Assembly: GCA_945897315.1 (NCBI GenBank)
Contig: CAMDFF010000004.1
Coordinates: forward strand, 1,018-65,017
DNA from: a candidate division TM6 bacterium UASB124
Lineage (GTDB): Bacteria; Babelota; Babeliae; Babelales; RVW-14
DNA length: 64,000 nucleotides
Direction: 5' to 3'
Shown here piece by piece: positions 38,740-47,321 of the stretch. The translations under genes were made by a program, and so were the position numbers. How positions within the stretch are numbered: position 1 is the first letter of the stretch; every line of letters begins with the position of its first letter. Below the pieces are notes generated by a model, which had not been told where the DNA came from, did not search any database, and worked only from the letters and a program-made list of their open reading frames with translations.

Positions 38740-39543
38740 CTAGACTGCTACCAGCACGATCTCAAGCTCTTGGGCACGTGCAATAAAATTGTCTTTGTCT
38801 GCGATAAGCGTATGCGATGCAAGCCATGCAATGGCAGCAATATCGCCCGGCTGAAAATCCTGGAGTGACCGTGGTCCAAGCGTAGGCAAATCATATGATT
38901 TGTTTTGATGCTGGTGTGCTGCTTTGCAGATTACAATATTATTGTTACCCAAAGCGAGCCCGCGTTGAATGCACGCGTCAGTCCCTTCAATCGCTTCTAC
39001 CGCTAAAATCATAGCATCTTTTACAACGACTGTTTGGCCGATGTCTGCCTGTGAAATAATAAGTGCTGCCTTAATGCCTAACGCAATACTTGCTTCAAGT
39101 TCAGGGGTAAGCGTACCGCATAAAATACCGGGTTTTACGAGTAGCCCATCGAGCACTTCATCTTGCCGTATGGTTGTGATTCCATGGCTGGCGAGCTCTG
39201 CGAGAAGGGCATCCATAATATCTTTGTCGCCACGGGTTACGAGCGACCCCATGAACTTAATCGCAAGCCAGTCGAGCTTGATTTGCTTGAGAAGATTTGT
39301 TTTATCTACTTTGCCAATGAACAAAACATGAGTCGTATTTTTTTCTTGCAGCGTTCGTAAAATTGCTCCTGCTTTAAAGCAATTTTGCGCAATAATTTCT
39401 ATGCCGTTACCACCTATTGCTTTGAGCTGCACGAGGTTTTCTTCAGGGAATAAACAGACAATAAAAAACTGTTTTTTTTGGCTTAAAAGTTTCTTACAAG
39501 CCTCAATCGGCAAAGAGCCAGTCCCGGCAATGACAGCAATCAT
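38740..39543 (-). CDS. lpxI: UDP-2,3-diacylglucosamine pyrophosphatase LpxI (DUF1009 family)
   Basis: Has the N-terminal MIAVIAGTGSLP, a C-terminal YDLPTLGPRSL, and lies in the lipid A gene neighbourhood. Confidence 0.7.
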   Translation of the reverse strand: MIAVIAGTGSLPIEACKKLLSQKKQFFIVCLFPEENLVQLKAIGGNGIEIIAQNCFKAGAILRTLQEKNTTHVLFIGKVDKTNLLKQIKLDWLAIKFMGSLVTRGDKDIMDALLAELASHGITTIRQDEVLDGLLVKPGILCGTLTPELEASIALGIKAALIISQADIGQTVVVKDAMILAVEAIEGTDACIQRGLALGNNNIVICKAAHQHQNKSYDLPTLGPRSLQDFQPGDIAAIAWLASHTLIADKDNFIARAQELEIVLVAV

Positions 39544-39579
39544 TTTTACTTCGCTCTTTCTTGGCCTCGTGGGCCAGCG

Positions 39580-39700
39580 TCCTTCGACAGGCTCAGGAGG
39601 AGCGATGAGAAGGGAATAATATCAAAAATATAGACAGACAGCATGTTTAAGTAGAGCTTTCTGCGTTGTTGTTTTCGCTCACCCTGAGCTTGTCGAATGA
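39580..39700. repeat. Inverted pair of a 25-nt interspersed repeat (MITE/REP-like)
   Basis: Copy 39580-39604 (tccttcgacaggctcaggaggagcg) is the imperfect reverse complement of copy 39676-39700 (cgctcaccctgagcttgtcgaatga). A third copy lies at 63105-63129. Confidence 0.75.
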
Positions 39701-40684
39701 TCGAAATCCGTCAGCATGAGAAAGAGCGAGTGTTTCTCGCAGTTGCACGCTAAGCTGCCGTTCAATTTCAACAATAATATCAAGCGCTTGAATATCTTGG
39801 CTCGCGTTGCGCATGTCATTTTTTGTTTCAATGGCACGCATAAAATGCATTATTTCTTGTTTGAGCGGATTATCTTTATGAACAAAAACATGCTCAACGA
39901 GAGACTCTTGGCGATAGCTAAGTTGGTCGAGGCCAACCTGAACGCTTGAGCTTGTTTGGCGGTGAATCACTAAATCTTGTGTCGTAAAATCTAAATGAAA
40001 AAATGCATCTTTTTCGTGTACTGCCATGGTGCGTTTTTTAATTTGTGATGCACGGCTTGAAATGATTGATGCAATGCAACCGCTTGGAAACGTCAACTGT
40101 ACGCTGGCAATGTCACACAGGGGTGAATGGACGCTGCTGCCGTGTGTCGTAATGCTCACCGGTTTTTCGTTCACTAAGCTGAGTACTAAATCAACATCAT
40201 GAATCATCAGGTCAAGCACAACGCTATCTTTTGCTGCACGTGGCACAAACGGGCCCATGCGGTGGCATTCGATAAACAGGGGGCGGGTGACAATTTTTTT
40301 GAGCTCTTGGATAGCACCATTAAAACGTTCAACATGGCCAACATGTAACGCAAGATTGTTCTTTTCAGCAAGAGCAAAAAGTTCTGTTGCTTCAGCGCTT
40401 GTTTTGGTTAGTGGTTTTTCCACGAGCACATGTTTGCCGCGCTCCAGGCACTCTTTAGCAACGGCATAATGTTTGCCGGTTTGTACCGCAATAATAACCG
40501 CGTCAACGTGATCAAGCCATGCTGAAAAATCATTGTTTTTAATGACCGCAAGGTCTGGAATCTTATCGAGGTTTGATTGGTGTGGATCGGCAACGGCGAC
40601 CAGCTGTACATTTCCTAACGTTGCTGCAATTGAGGCGTGGTAGCCACCCATTTTGCCAAGGCCGACGATGCCGAGTTTGATCAT
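39647..40684 (-). CDS. Gfo/Idh/MocA-family NAD-dependent oxidoreductase (possible GnnA-type UDP-GlcNAc 3-dehydrogenase)
   Basis: Has the Rossmann N-terminus MIKLGIVGLGKMGGYH, EKPL and the family layout. It overlaps lpxA by 4 nt. The last 18 or so codons (..FDKLRVSENN..) are read through the repeat element. Confidence 0.7.
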   Translation of the reverse strand: MIKLGIVGLGKMGGYHASIAATLGNVQLVAVADPHQSNLDKIPDLAVIKNNDFSAWLDHVDAVIIAVQTGKHYAVAKECLERGKHVLVEKPLTKTSAEATELFALAEKNNLALHVGHVERFNGAIQELKKIVTRPLFIECHRMGPFVPRAAKDSVVLDLMIHDVDLVLSLVNEKPVSITTHGSSVHSPLCDIASVQLTFPSGCIASIISSRASQIKKRTMAVHEKDAFFHLDFTTQDLVIHRQTSSSVQVGLDQLSYRQESLVEHVFVHKDNPLKQEIMHFMRAIETKNDMRNASQDIQALDIIVEIERQLSVQLRETLALSHADGFRSFDKLRVSENNNAESST

Positions 40685-41511
40685 AATAATTCTGTTTCTG
40701 TGTCTTTACCGCAGCGACGCGAGACGCCTCGTGCGCTGTTGGTTATAAAAGTTAAAAAATGTTGTACGTGGTGATCACTGCCCCAGCTAGGCTCTGCTGC
40801 GCTTGCTTCAACTATGTTTTGCAGCGGTAATTTTTCTTGATAAAAGAGTTTGGCGATGTGCTTAAGCGCATTAATACTTTCGCGCGAAACACTGTTGCGC
40901 TTGAGTCCAATGAGATTAAGGCCAAAAAACGCTGCAGGCTTACCGCTAAAAATACAGTAGGGTGGCAAGTCTTGGCGTATGCCGCTGAACGGTGCTAGCG
41001 CGGTTAAGGTGCCAACGTGTGCAAATTGGTGTGTTGCACTGCCTGTCATAATCACAGCACGGTCTTCAATGACGGTATGCCCACCAAGGTTGACGTTGGG
41101 GTTGATGACGACGTTGTTGCCGACGACGACATCGTGTGCGATGTGTGCATAATGCATCACGTAGCAATTGTTGCCAATGCGTGTTGATCCTTCGCTGGTA
41201 CGCGCTGCGTGGACAGTAACAAACTCACGAATTTCGCAGTTGCTGCCAATCACAATTGTTCCAAGGCTTTGCACAACACCGACTACTTGGCCAGGAAAGC
41301 CAATCGTGACATGTGGGTGTAGGCGGGTGTTTTCACCGATAGTAGTAGTGCCAATGACGGTACAAAAAGGACCGATCTTGACGCCTTTACCAAGAATGAC
41401 ATTGTCACCGACAACAGCAGTTGGATGGATGTATGTTTCTGTAGAATGAAAGAAGGCTTCCTCAAATGAGGAAGCCTTAGAAATTTTTTCGGAATTGTGA
41501 AAATTGCTCAC
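40681..41511 (-). CDS. lpxA: Acyl-ACP--UDP-N-acetylglucosamine O-acyltransferase
   Basis: Has hexapeptide-repeat beta-helix sequence (IHPTAVVGDNVILGKGVKIGPFCTVIG...) plus the LpxA C-terminal helical domain. I place the start at GTG 41511, with AAGGAA upstream, because the track ORF (to 41628) reads through tRNA-Gln. Confidence 0.8.
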   Translation of the reverse strand: MSNFHNSEKISKASSFEEAFFHSTETYIHPTAVVGDNVILGKGVKIGPFCTVIGTTTIGENTRLHPHVTIGFPGQVVGVVQSLGTIVIGSNCEIREFVTVHAARTSEGSTRIGNNCYVMHYAHIAHDVVVGNNVVINPNVNLGGHTVIEDRAVIMTGSATHQFAHVGTLTALAPFSGIRQDLPPYCIFSGKPAAFFGLNLIGLKRNSVSRESINALKHIAKLFYQEKLPLQNIVEASAAEPSWGSDHHVQHFLTFITNSARGVSRRCGKDTETELL

Positions 41512-41530
41512 AGAAGATATTTCCTTAAGC

Positions 41531-41605
41531 TGGCTGGGGCGGAAGGATTCGAACCTCCGAATGGCAGGACCAAAACCTGCTGCCTTACCACTTGGCGACG
41601 CCCCA
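41531..41605 (-). tRNA. tRNA-Gln (UUG), CCA encoded
   Basis: The minus strand reads TGGGGCG-TC-GCCAAGTGGTAAGGC-A-GCAGG-TTTTGGT-CCTGC-CATTC-GGAGGTTCGAATCCTTC-CGCCCCA-G-CCA. It has the U1:A72 pair and overall similarity seen in E. coli tRNA-Gln. Confidence 0.9.
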
Positions 41606-41642
41606 ATCAATTTCATTATCGATGGCACATATACTATACTAA

Positions 41643-41906
41643 TTATGCGGTTTCGCCAACTATTTTTTTATATTCTTCGATAACTTTATTTTCAATCTCT
41701 TGACGAGTCTCTATATTCAACGGATGAACGATGTCTTTGAATGATCCGTCTTTCTTGCGTCGTGATGGCATAGAAACAAAATATCCTTCATCGCTTTGGA
41801 TAATTTTCATGTCCCGCACGATAAAGGCGTTGTCAAATACCATTGTTGCATAACCCTTGAGTCTTCCCTCGTTTGCTGGAAAAACTTTTACTTCTGTGAT
41901 CTCCAT
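41643..41906 (-). CDS. spoVG: Septation/regulatory protein SpoVG
   Basis: MEITEVKVFPANEGRLKGYATMVFDNAFIVRDMKIIQSDEGYFVSMPSRRKKDGSFKDIVHPLN is a clear SpoVG sequence. GGAGAT lies upstream of the ATG at 41906. The track ORF adds a spurious 43-aa extension. Confidence 0.9.
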   Translation of the reverse strand: MEITEVKVFPANEGRLKGYATMVFDNAFIVRDMKIIQSDEGYFVSMPSRRKKDGSFKDIVHPLNIETRQEIENKVIEEYKKIVGETA

Positions 41907-42343
41907 GAATATCTCCGACTTTTTACGTCTTTTGGTTGCATAGCGACTTTTTGTAAACGTCCTGCCACCGCGCTCATCATACATATAACTGCGACGATCT
42001 GGCATCAATCTAAAGCCGACCTGCCTTTTTGTCAACTATTTTTAGGGGAGACAAGTTGAAAAATTGAGTAGAAGGGGCCAGTATTGACCCCTCGATTATC
42101 TAGTGCCTACGAGCCTAGAGGGATCTCTTCCAAACTTGGAATAATAGCTGCTGAAAGTAAGCGAGTTCTGCAGGTTGCATCAGCTACGCTTACCCTTGAT
42201 GGATCTCTACCAGCTGGTCCTTGTTCAGTGGATTTATTTTCTTTTGTTTTTTTAATCCGTGCATTAAGGGGGAGTGTTTTTTTACACTGAAGGGGCAATT
42301 GTGTATGAACCGTAAATAGTAATGAAGCGTTATAGGTTGCAGA

Positions 42344-45300
42344 ATGGGTGTTTCTATGAAAACATTTTTTATTTTAGTTGTTCTGATCGCGGGGCTTACA
42401 GCATCGAGCGTTGGCTTATTGGCCAGTGCGCGGCGTGCTCCAGTGGCTGCCGTTTCTGCTGCTGACCTTGAGGTACAGTTGCGTTCTTGTCGGAGTGCAG
42501 CAGATGCTCGCGCAATTTTAGTTGATGCTAACAAAATTGTGAGTGCAGGAGGAGCGGATTATGCAGTGGCAAAAAAGGTTTCTCAGTCTGCGAGCGCGGC
42601 AATTGTACGGTTTGAAGCAGAAGAGCGCGAAGCAAAGATAAGGGCTGAGCAGCAAGTTGCTCGAGCACGAGAAGAAGTTGTTCGAGCACGAGAAGAAGCA
42701 GCGGCAGCGCAAGAAGCACGGCGTGCGGGTGAAGCCAAGATTGCGGCGGCGGGAGGTACGGTGGAAGCGCTTAGTGCTGAAGTTGCTCGATTAACGGCTG
42801 ATCTTCAAGCAGGAGCGGTTGTTAATATGAGATTGCAAGCGCATTGTGAGCAGCTGCGTGCTGATGCGGTTCGTGAAGCGGCAGCAAAAGCTACAGAGCT
42901 TGCTGCGCAGGTAGCCAAAAATTCTGGTTTGGCAGAACAAATTCGTGCTGTGCAAAATGAATTACAGCAAGTGCGGTTTCTCATGGCTCAGAAAGAACAA
43001 CAAGGTGCAGCGCTCCTTCAGAAAAACCAACAGCAGCGCGATGTGAATGCGCGGCTTCAACGAGAAATAGCTCAGGTTAGTGCTCAAAATGAAGCAGCAG
43101 AGGCTCGCGTCACAGCGGCAGAAGCAGAAAAAAATCAAGAATGTGCTCGCGTGCAAGCGGAAAAAGATGAAGCAGTGCAGGAAGCAGCGAGACTAGGTTC
43201 AGTTGCTGAAGCGCGGATTGCAGCTATACAGCAAGCCGTAGCTGCAGTGACTGTGAATTTACAAGCGTCACAGGCAGCCCTTGCTGAGCAGGCTGCGAGC
43301 AAAGCTGTGATTGAACGTGAAAATGCTAGAGTCAAAGCCGATCTTACTCGTGTGCGTGGAGCTCAAGATGAAATTGCTGCAGAAGCAGAGGCTACTGTTA
43401 TAGCTGCACAAAGAGAAAAAGATGAAGAATGTGCTCGAGCACGAGAAGAAGCAGCGTTATCACAAGCAGCACTGCGTGCGGGTGAAGCCAGGCTTGCGGA
43501 GGCAGGAGGTACCGTGGAAGCGCTTCGTGCTGAGGTTTCCGCGCAGGTAGCACAAAATTCTCGCTTGGCTGCTGAGATTCAGGCTGTGCAAAATAAATTA
43601 CAGCAAGTGGAGCGTCAAATGGCTCAGAAAGAACAGCAACGTGCAGTGCTGCTTCAGGAAAACCAACAGCAGTGCGATGTGAATGCGCGGCTTCAACAAG
43701 AAATAGGTCAGGTTCAGGCCGAAAATGCAGCAGCGATTGCTCGTGCTCAAGCAGAAAAAGAGAGAGCGCAGCAGGAGGCAGAGGCTCGTGTTGCAGCGGC
43801 AGAAGAAGAACAAGTTCGAGAATGTGCTGCTTTACGAACTGAAAAAGAAAGTGTGACAAGGCAAGCACAGGCTGATGTTGCTGTTGCTCAGGCACGGGCG
43901 CTCCAATTGGAAGAAGGGAACGCTACAGGTCGCCGGAAATTTGAGGACGAGAATCGTATATTGCAGCAGCAAGTTGATGCTCACAATACAGAATTGCAAG
44001 CACTGAGAGGTCAGCTTGCTGCTGAACAGGCACAACAAGCCCAAATTGCTGCAGAAGCAGAGGCTAGTGTTATAGCTGCACAAAGAGAAAAAGATGAAGA
44101 AGTTGTTCGAGCACGAGAAGAAGCAGCGGCAGCGCAAGAAGCACTGCGTGCGGGTGACGCCAGGGTTGCGGCGGGGGTAGATGCAGCGGGAGCGCTTAGT
44201 GCTGAAGTTACTCGATTAACGGCTGATCTTCAAGCAGGAGCGGCTGTGAATGTGAGATTGCAAAAATCTTGTGAGTCGCAGCGTGCTGATGCGGTTCGTG
44301 AAGCGGCAGTAAAAGCTACAGAGCTTGCTGCGCAGGTAGCCCAAAATTCTGGTTTGGCTACTCAGATTCAGGATGTGCAAAATGAATTACAGCAGATGCA
44401 GCGTTACATGGCTGAGAAAGAGAGAGAGCAGCAGGAAGCAGAGCGTCAGGCTGCCACAATCAAAACGCAACATGAGCAAGCAGTTGCGGTAGTGACTGCC
44501 GAGTTGGAAGCATCACAGGCGGCGCTTGCTCAGCAGGCTGCGAGCAAAGCTGTGATTGAAGGTGAAATTGCTAGCGTCAACGCAGAGCTTGATCGTGTGC
44601 GTGCAGCTCAAGATGAAATTACTGTACAAACAGAGGCTCGTGTGCGTGCAGTAGAAGCAGAAAAATCTCAAGAATCTGCTCGCCTTCAACGAGAAATAGC
44701 TCAGGTTCGTGCCGAAAATGCAGCAGCGATTGTTGCTGCTCAAGCGGAAAAAGAGCTAGCAGCGCAGGAAGCAGCGAGTCACATTGCAGAGGTGCAAGCA
44801 CGATGTGAAGAAGCAGTGAGCGCGGTTAGAGCCGAGCTAGAAGCATCACGGGCGGCGCTTGCTGCGCAGCGTCAGAAAAATGGCGAAATTTCTGCACAAT
44901 TAGAAAGTCGAGAGCAGGATATTCAGCGTGCTATGTTCACAATTCAATCACTTGTACATTCACCTCATACAGAAGATCCTGAAAGAACTTGGGATTTTGG
45001 TCAGCTGCAGAAACAAAATACAGAGTTAAAGGCAGAAAATACAGTGCTAAAGCATGCGAAATGTAAAGTGTGTGAGCAGGCAGCTCAGGAAACAGACGGA
45101 GAATGGGAGCGCTTGATGGCAACTAGTCTTGATGATGTAGCGGGCGGTCCCGCGTGTAGTTCTGCTGCTGCGGGGGGAATGTCTTCAATAACTGAAACTG
45201 TGCTTGCGATAGAGCGAGAGAAGGACGATTTAGTACTTCGTTGTGAGGCTTTACGTGAAGATAACCAACGATTAAGACAAGCGTATGAAGAAATGCAAGT

Positions 45301-45493
45301 GCGCAATAGTGCCTTAGAGCAACAATATCTACGTTTGGCAGAAGAGTGTTATAAAATTTCTCAGGAATTAACGATTCTAGATCGTGTGGCAGATGAGGCG
45401 GTAAAACCAGAAGCATTGTTAGCAAAGAAAAGCACATTTGGAGCGTTGCTCGCTAGAGTGCGAGCATTAGGACAAGCGTTTCCTAAGCCGTAA
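42344..45493 (+). CDS. Secreted giant coiled-coil protein with kb-scale internal repeats
   Basis: The signal is MKTFFILVVLIAGLTASSVGLLASA. The 1049-aa protein is dominated by A, E, Q and R heptad-like sequence. Modules such as REEAAAAQEA(L/R)RAGEA and TADLQAGA.VN.RLQ..CE..RADAVREAA.KATELAAQVA.NSGLA recur two or three times. Confidence 0.7.
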   Translation: MGVSMKTFFILVVLIAGLTASSVGLLASARRAPVAAVSAADLEVQLRSCRSAADARAILVDANKIVSAGGADYAVAKKVSQSASAAIVRFEAEEREAKIRAEQQVARAREEVVRAREEAAAAQEARRAGEAKIAAAGGTVEALSAEVARLTADLQAGAVVNMRLQAHCEQLRADAVREAAAKATELAAQVAKNSGLAEQIRAVQNELQQVRFLMAQKEQQGAALLQKNQQQRDVNARLQREIAQVSAQNEAAEARVTAAEAEKNQECARVQAEKDEAVQEAARLGSVAEARIAAIQQAVAAVTVNLQASQAALAEQAASKAVIERENARVKADLTRVRGAQDEIAAEAEATVIAAQREKDEECARAREEAALSQAALRAGEARLAEAGGTVEALRAEVSAQVAQNSRLAAEIQAVQNKLQQVERQMAQKEQQRAVLLQENQQQCDVNARLQQEIGQVQAENAAAIARAQAEKERAQQEAEARVAAAEEEQVRECAALRTEKESVTRQAQADVAVAQARALQLEEGNATGRRKFEDENRILQQQVDAHNTELQALRGQLAAEQAQQAQIAAEAEASVIAAQREKDEEVVRAREEAAAAQEALRAGDARVAAGVDAAGALSAEVTRLTADLQAGAAVNVRLQKSCESQRADAVREAAVKATELAAQVAQNSGLATQIQDVQNELQQMQRYMAEKEREQQEAERQAATIKTQHEQAVAVVTAELEASQAALAQQAASKAVIEGEIASVNAELDRVRAAQDEITVQTEARVRAVEAEKSQESARLQREIAQVRAENAAAIVAAQAEKELAAQEAASHIAEVQARCEEAVSAVRAELEASRAALAAQRQKNGEISAQLESREQDIQRAMFTIQSLVHSPHTEDPERTWDFGQLQKQNTELKAENTVLKHAKCKVCEQAAQETDGEWERLMATSLDDVAGGPACSSAAAGGMSSITETVLAIEREKDDLVLRCEALREDNQRLRQAYEEMQVRNSALEQQYLRLAEECYKISQELTILDRVADEAVKPEALLAKKSTFGALLARVRALGQAFPKP

Positions 45494-45527
45494 GTAGTAC
45501 AACGATTTTATTATAACAAGGCTATCG

Positions 45528-47126
45528 ATGAAGACAAAAAATATAGTTTTTATCTTATTCGCGTGTAGCGCAGCAACACTTGCTGCAGGGAGCGCAACAG
45601 GCCGATCATTTTTCCAGCCACGGTTGCTATGGGCTGAGCAGATGCTGACATTGCATAATGGCACGGAATACGATTGTATGCCTCCAGCGAGCAGCGGCTT
45701 TAGCTTTAATGCTGCTGCGGGCTTTCAAGCGTCAACGCATGACAGCAAATTTGCTAGCTACTTCTTGCCGAATGGCAAAAATGATTTAGTTGTGAAAGGG
45801 GCTAATGCTCCGGGTCCGCGTGATATCTCTGCGATGTGGTTGCAAATTGTTGGTGACAACACTGTTGCTCAGCCTGCAGCGCTTTTTGTGCCAAGTCCAG
45901 ATAAAATTTTTGATTATGAGCGGGCTGCAATGCAATGGATCAATGAATACTCCAGCGTTATTAGCTTGCGACCACGCTTTGAATCATCCGGGGTGCTGAC
46001 ACACTTATCGTACTGTGCAAAGATCAATCGCATGCCGTGCCAGCTGACAGTTGGAGTGCCTGTGCTGCACGTGCGTAATAATATGCAGCTTTGTGAAACT
46101 GATGTGCAAAATGGTTTTACCAAGAGAAGTGATGTTAGTTCATTGCTAATTGAGCCCACAAGCATAGAGCTATTACAAGAAGTTCAACCTCAGTATTCAC
46201 TGTCTGCTATCGAAGCTTTTAATAATCCTAACAAGCGCTTTGCCAAGATCAGCCAGGGAGCTCTTGAAAAACGTGGCCTGGGCGATGTGAGCCTTGACCT
46301 TGCTGTTCGTCCTGTCTCGTCTGTAACCATAGGGCTGCGTGGTGAGTTGCCAACGGCATCTAAGGGGACCGCAGAATATCTTTTTGAGCCGCTGCTGGGT
46401 AGCAATGGTCACGGGACACTGGGAGCCTATGCACAGATGCGAGAAGCGTTGTGGTCTTGTGATCAAGGCACACTGTTTTTGAAAGCACAGCTGCAGTACC
46501 AAGCACAGTTTGCTGGCAACCAGTTGCGTACGTTTGACCTTACTGCTGCTGGCCAGTGGAGCAGATATCTTTTATTAATTGATGCAGCCAATAACCCAAA
46601 AAATGCTGACTCTGGTGTGAATTTTTTAACGCAATCGGCACACGTGAGCGCTCGGCAAGAGGGACTCGGTGGTCTTAGCCTAGAGCTGGAACACAAAGGC
46701 TTTTTGGCATCAGCCGGATACTCATTGTTTGCGCGAGAAAAAGAACGTGTCTCTGTGCGTACGCAGTTGCCGCAAAATCTTTTTATTGTGGGGCAGCTGG
46801 CATCAAATAACAGCGGAAAAAGAAATATTTCTGCTGGTGAAAAAAACAGCTCGATTGGTAATCATATTCCTGTTGGGCACAGTGCGTTTGTTGATCCCTT
46901 AGCCCAAGCTAACGCAGGCCTTGCATTGACCACAGCCGACCTTGATGTGCAGTCTGCAAGCATGCCAAAATATTTTTCGCATACCGTTCACGCGTCGCTT
47001 GGCTACGCTGGCCGAGTGCGCCAGCAAGAGGTGCATTGTAATCTGGGTGGCCGCTATGAAATGTTGCGCTATGGGCATAACTACAATGTGTACAGTCTCT
47101 TTGCGGGGTTAGAAATTAAGATTTAG
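45528..47126 (+). CDS. Putative outer-membrane (beta-barrel) protein
   Basis: Has the signal MKTKNIVFILFACSAATLAAGSA and beta-strand-like alternation throughout. The C-terminal strand is NVYSLFAGLEIKI. I recognise no family. Confidence 0.35.
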   Translation: MKTKNIVFILFACSAATLAAGSATGRSFFQPRLLWAEQMLTLHNGTEYDCMPPASSGFSFNAAAGFQASTHDSKFASYFLPNGKNDLVVKGANAPGPRDISAMWLQIVGDNTVAQPAALFVPSPDKIFDYERAAMQWINEYSSVISLRPRFESSGVLTHLSYCAKINRMPCQLTVGVPVLHVRNNMQLCETDVQNGFTKRSDVSSLLIEPTSIELLQEVQPQYSLSAIEAFNNPNKRFAKISQGALEKRGLGDVSLDLAVRPVSSVTIGLRGELPTASKGTAEYLFEPLLGSNGHGTLGAYAQMREALWSCDQGTLFLKAQLQYQAQFAGNQLRTFDLTAAGQWSRYLLLIDAANNPKNADSGVNFLTQSAHVSARQEGLGGLSLELEHKGFLASAGYSLFAREKERVSVRTQLPQNLFIVGQLASNNSGKRNISAGEKNSSIGNHIPVGHSAFVDPLAQANAGLALTTADLDVQSASMPKYFSHTVHASLGYAGRVRQQEVHCNLGGRYEMLRYGHNYNVYSLFAGLEIKI

Positions 47127-47147
47127 CAAATTTAAATGTGCATGCAA

Positions 47148-47192
47148 ATACCGAGGTAGAAGTTATTTACAACTACTACCTCGGTATTTTTT
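47148..47192 (+). terminator. Rho-independent terminator
   Basis: A 12-bp stem pairs ataccgaggtag with ctacctcggtat and is followed by T6. Confidence 0.8.
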
Positions 47193-47321
47193 ATTCGTAG
47201 GGAGAAGCAAGTCGAGAGAGCAACGTGCAGGGAGACTCAGTCGATATTATCAGGGGTAGAAAAGCATTTTTTTATGGTTTGTGACCACCCCCAAAACAAG
47301 AAAGTACCACAATGTATAGGC

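Noticed and set aside
41512-41628. N-terminal 39 codons of the 315-aa track ORF for LpxA (MPSIMKLIGASPSGKAAGFGPAIRRFESFRPSQ...)
   Set aside because: This stretch is the translation of tRNA-Gln (41531-41605). The LpxA homology begins after GTG 41511.
41907-42035. 43-codon N-terminal extension of the SpoVG ORF
   Set aside because: SpoVG proteins start at MEITEVK-like sequences, and the internal ATG at 41906 has a GGAGAT ribosome-binding site. The extension is basic junk sequence.
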